The notes under the pieces are model-generated. The model did no database searches, was not told where the DNA came from, and was given only the letters and a program-made list of their open reading frames with translations. Source: a virus (taxonomy: Duplodnaviria > Heunggongvirae > Uroviricota > Caudoviricetes). Taken from it: 64,000 nucleotides of DNA. Positions 62,101 through 64,000 of the stretch are shown here, in pieces. The stretch is from the IMG/VR virus record IMGVR_UViG_3300029288_000054, positions 134,607 to 198,606 of that record; one strand, given 5' to 3'. The stretch's first letter is position 1. Every line of letters starts with the position of its first letter. Position numbers and translations under genes: made by a program.

Positions 62101-63360
62101 ATGAAGCCTAAGCGCAAGAAGAATCCGTATGATAGACGTAAGCAGTACAGTACCACGTCTGTACTGATGAACTATTTCGACCATCTAGGGCTTTTGTCTG
62201 CGAAGGTTCGGAAATTCATCAACAAGAGTTCTAGCGTCCTCAATCGCCCACATGAGAGAGTTTTCAAGATATTTAAAGGCAGCGGCGAAATTGACGACGC
62301 TCTAATTCATAAGGCGCAGAAGCTACTCGACAGCGTAACAGTAGAGGTAAATGGATATGAAATGAATGCTCAGATTTTCTGGGCTATGCTGTATCCAGCA
62401 CTGCGATTTATAGGTAGATCTGCTAGCCGTATTGCTGATCGTACTGCTGACAAAAAACAGCATGCTAAAAGAGCCAGAGAGAAACTGATCGCTGAATGGG
62501 TAGAGCAATTTGAACTTACTGGTCGGATTTGTGACCAATATTGCCCAAGAGGCGACGATCTGGAATTGATACACTGCAATACGTTTAAACAACTTTCATA
62601 TATGCTGATCGACTCTAGTACACTGGGTGATATCTATTCATTCGATAGCAGCGAAGACGATGATTACTGGCGTATTATCATCTGCCGAGATCGTAAAACC
62701 AAAACGCTACAGCTACCTGATGGTGATAGAATAGGATATGCTATCGCATGGCCTGGTAGAGATCGATCGACATGGCTGAAACTGAATATCGAATCGATTG
62801 GCCCTAAGATGGAATTGCCCGTCTACGCACAACGGCATGTAATCGATAGGATGGCCGAGCGGCTAAGTGTAGCCAATCCTTCACACTGGGCGTTAATGTC
62901 CTTGTGTAATTCGATCAAGAACCCTGTGATCTTCAAGCAAGATGATAGTTGCGATTCGTTCTTGCTTGAATGCCGCACAAGAAAGTTAAGGATCGGATAT
63001 TTCGGTTGCCAGATCGTCGGCAACGCTGTCCTCGTCAATACTTTCTTATTTTTAACAATGGACGGAACGCCCGAAGGTGCAAAGTTTCGTCGTATATTAC
63101 GATTACGAAGACAAGACAGAGAATATCTCGGTCTAGATAAGATCAGCGCATTCTTACACACCGATTTGCGTTCTGATGCATATTTGGTTAGCTTGATGAA
63201 GGAATGTGGTTGTGACCACATATTCGCCTTGCGAGACGACTTGAAATCTTGTCCTGATATCAGCTTGGCTGACGAGATGCGGCGATATCTCAAGATTAAA
63301 CCTAGAATCACCAGGGATACAAATGAATTGGCGCGAGCACTGGAAACAAGCCAACCCTAA
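62101..63360 (+). CDS. hypothetical protein (419 aa)
   Basis: Long ORF with a leaderless start. Confidence 0.8.
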   Translation: MKPKRKKNPYDRRKQYSTTSVLMNYFDHLGLLSAKVRKFINKSSSVLNRPHERVFKIFKGSGEIDDALIHKAQKLLDSVTVEVNGYEMNAQIFWAMLYPALRFIGRSASRIADRTADKKQHAKRAREKLIAEWVEQFELTGRICDQYCPRGDDLELIHCNTFKQLSYMLIDSSTLGDIYSFDSSEDDDYWRIIICRDRKTKTLQLPDGDRIGYAIAWPGRDRSTWLKLNIESIGPKMELPVYAQRHVIDRMAERLSVANPSHWALMSLCNSIKNPVIFKQDDSCDSFLLECRTRKLRIGYFGCQIVGNAVLVNTFLFLTMDGTPEGAKFRRILRLRRQDREYLGLDKISAFLHTDLRSDAYLVSLMKECGCDHIFALRDDLKSCPDISLADEMRRYLKIKPRITRDTNELARALETSQP

Positions 63361-63766
63361 CGATCAATACTTGGCGATTTTGATGGCTGTTGATGGCAGC
63401 ACACAAAATATCAAGGCTGGCATAGGCGGCGATAGGCCGCTTACATCGTTGGAGCGACACGTCGAAGAAATGCGTGCCTTGGAACCCTATCTGCGTCGAG
63501 GGTCGTGGGAAGAACCTGTATTGTTCCAGTCGTGCGAAGCAGAAGTAGTGCACGTCTGTGGTGATCGAGTTGTGATCGTGATGAGCATTAATGATGATCT
63601 GGTTGAGCAGTCCTACAGCATATCGCAATTCGCGGAGGTCCCGCAGAAAGGCGATATGCTCGAAGTTCGAGTGCAATTCACTAAACTGCAACCGAGAGAA
63701 CATACTGGCCTAGACCTGACACGTGAACCTCGTAAGAATGTAGTGCAACTGCCTCGTACTTTTTAG
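63323..63766 (+). CDS. hypothetical protein
   Basis: 147-aa ORF. Confidence 0.65.
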   Translation: MNWREHWKQANPNDQYLAILMAVDGSTQNIKAGIGGDRPLTSLERHVEEMRALEPYLRRGSWEEPVLFQSCEAEVVHVCGDRVVIVMSINDDLVEQSYSISQFAEVPQKGDMLEVRVQFTKLQPREHTGLDLTREPRKNVVQLPRTF

Positions 63767-63773
63767 GTGAACT

Positions 63774-64000
63774 ATGAGAATCATGGTATATCACGGCAAG
63801 CACGAAAAAGTTTATTGGCTTGCTGATAGTAAAGAACGGCTAGAAGCTGCATTCAGAAAACTATTCGAAATCCTTGATGATTTCTGCTGTTATGACGATG
63901 ATGTTCCTGAAATCGCGGCGGCACGGAGCGGCGATATCAAGGCTATTGCAAAAATCTTACATGATCGAAAGGACTGCGAATATGAAGGTTGGGATTTTAT
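63774..64000 (+). CDS. hypothetical protein, partial
   Basis: MRIMVYHGKHEKVYWLAD... stays open to the window end. Confidence 0.55.
   Translation, partial: MRIMVYHGKHEKVYWLADSKERLEAAFRKLFEILDDFCCYDDDVPEIAAARSGDIKAIAKILHDRKDCEYEGWDF

Noticed and set aside
1-64000. Stop-codon reassignment (code 15 or 4)
   Set aside because: Recognisable genes are full length in code 11 and use TAG, TGA and TAA as stops.

Overview
This window looks like part of a large lytic bacteriophage genome, covering an early/middle accessory region. It has no capsid, terminase or tail genes and no CRISPR array. About 100 mostly small ORFs are present; the host is probably in Planctomycetota (inferred from protein families). 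Recognisable genes: RlaP-like nucleotidyltransferase (cut by the window edge), HNH, GIY-YIG and PD-(D/E)XK endonucleases, NADAR, SLOG/DUF2493, DUF4031, DUF932, SF2 helicase, NAD-dependent DNA ligase, a DUF2997/DUF1257/Ycf46-like AAA module, a sigma-70-like factor, a GHKL ATPase, Ro60/TROVE, ThiF/MoeB, a Cdc123-like ATP-grasp protein, S4, RNA ligase, an HD hydrolase and tRNA-Leu(UAA). About 43 copies of one promoter (TTAATA-N12-CGTGC-TATAAC) fix the transcription start 6 nt after the -10 box. That spacing reveals leaderless genes and several unannotated RNAs. The strongest signal is an RNA-mimic toolkit: three Y RNAs before Ro60, each carrying a different anticodon-like loop (Arg-ACG, Ser-UGA, Ser-GCU), a promoter-driven tRNA mimic with enlarged loops, a 241-nt tRNA-capped pseudoknotted RNA, a 170-nt structured RNA and a leader of tandem pseudoknots. 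Other oddities are an AAA+ ATPase with Walker B before Walker A and a possible Cys-less E1 plus Gly-terminal partner. All folds and family calls were made by eye, without database searches.
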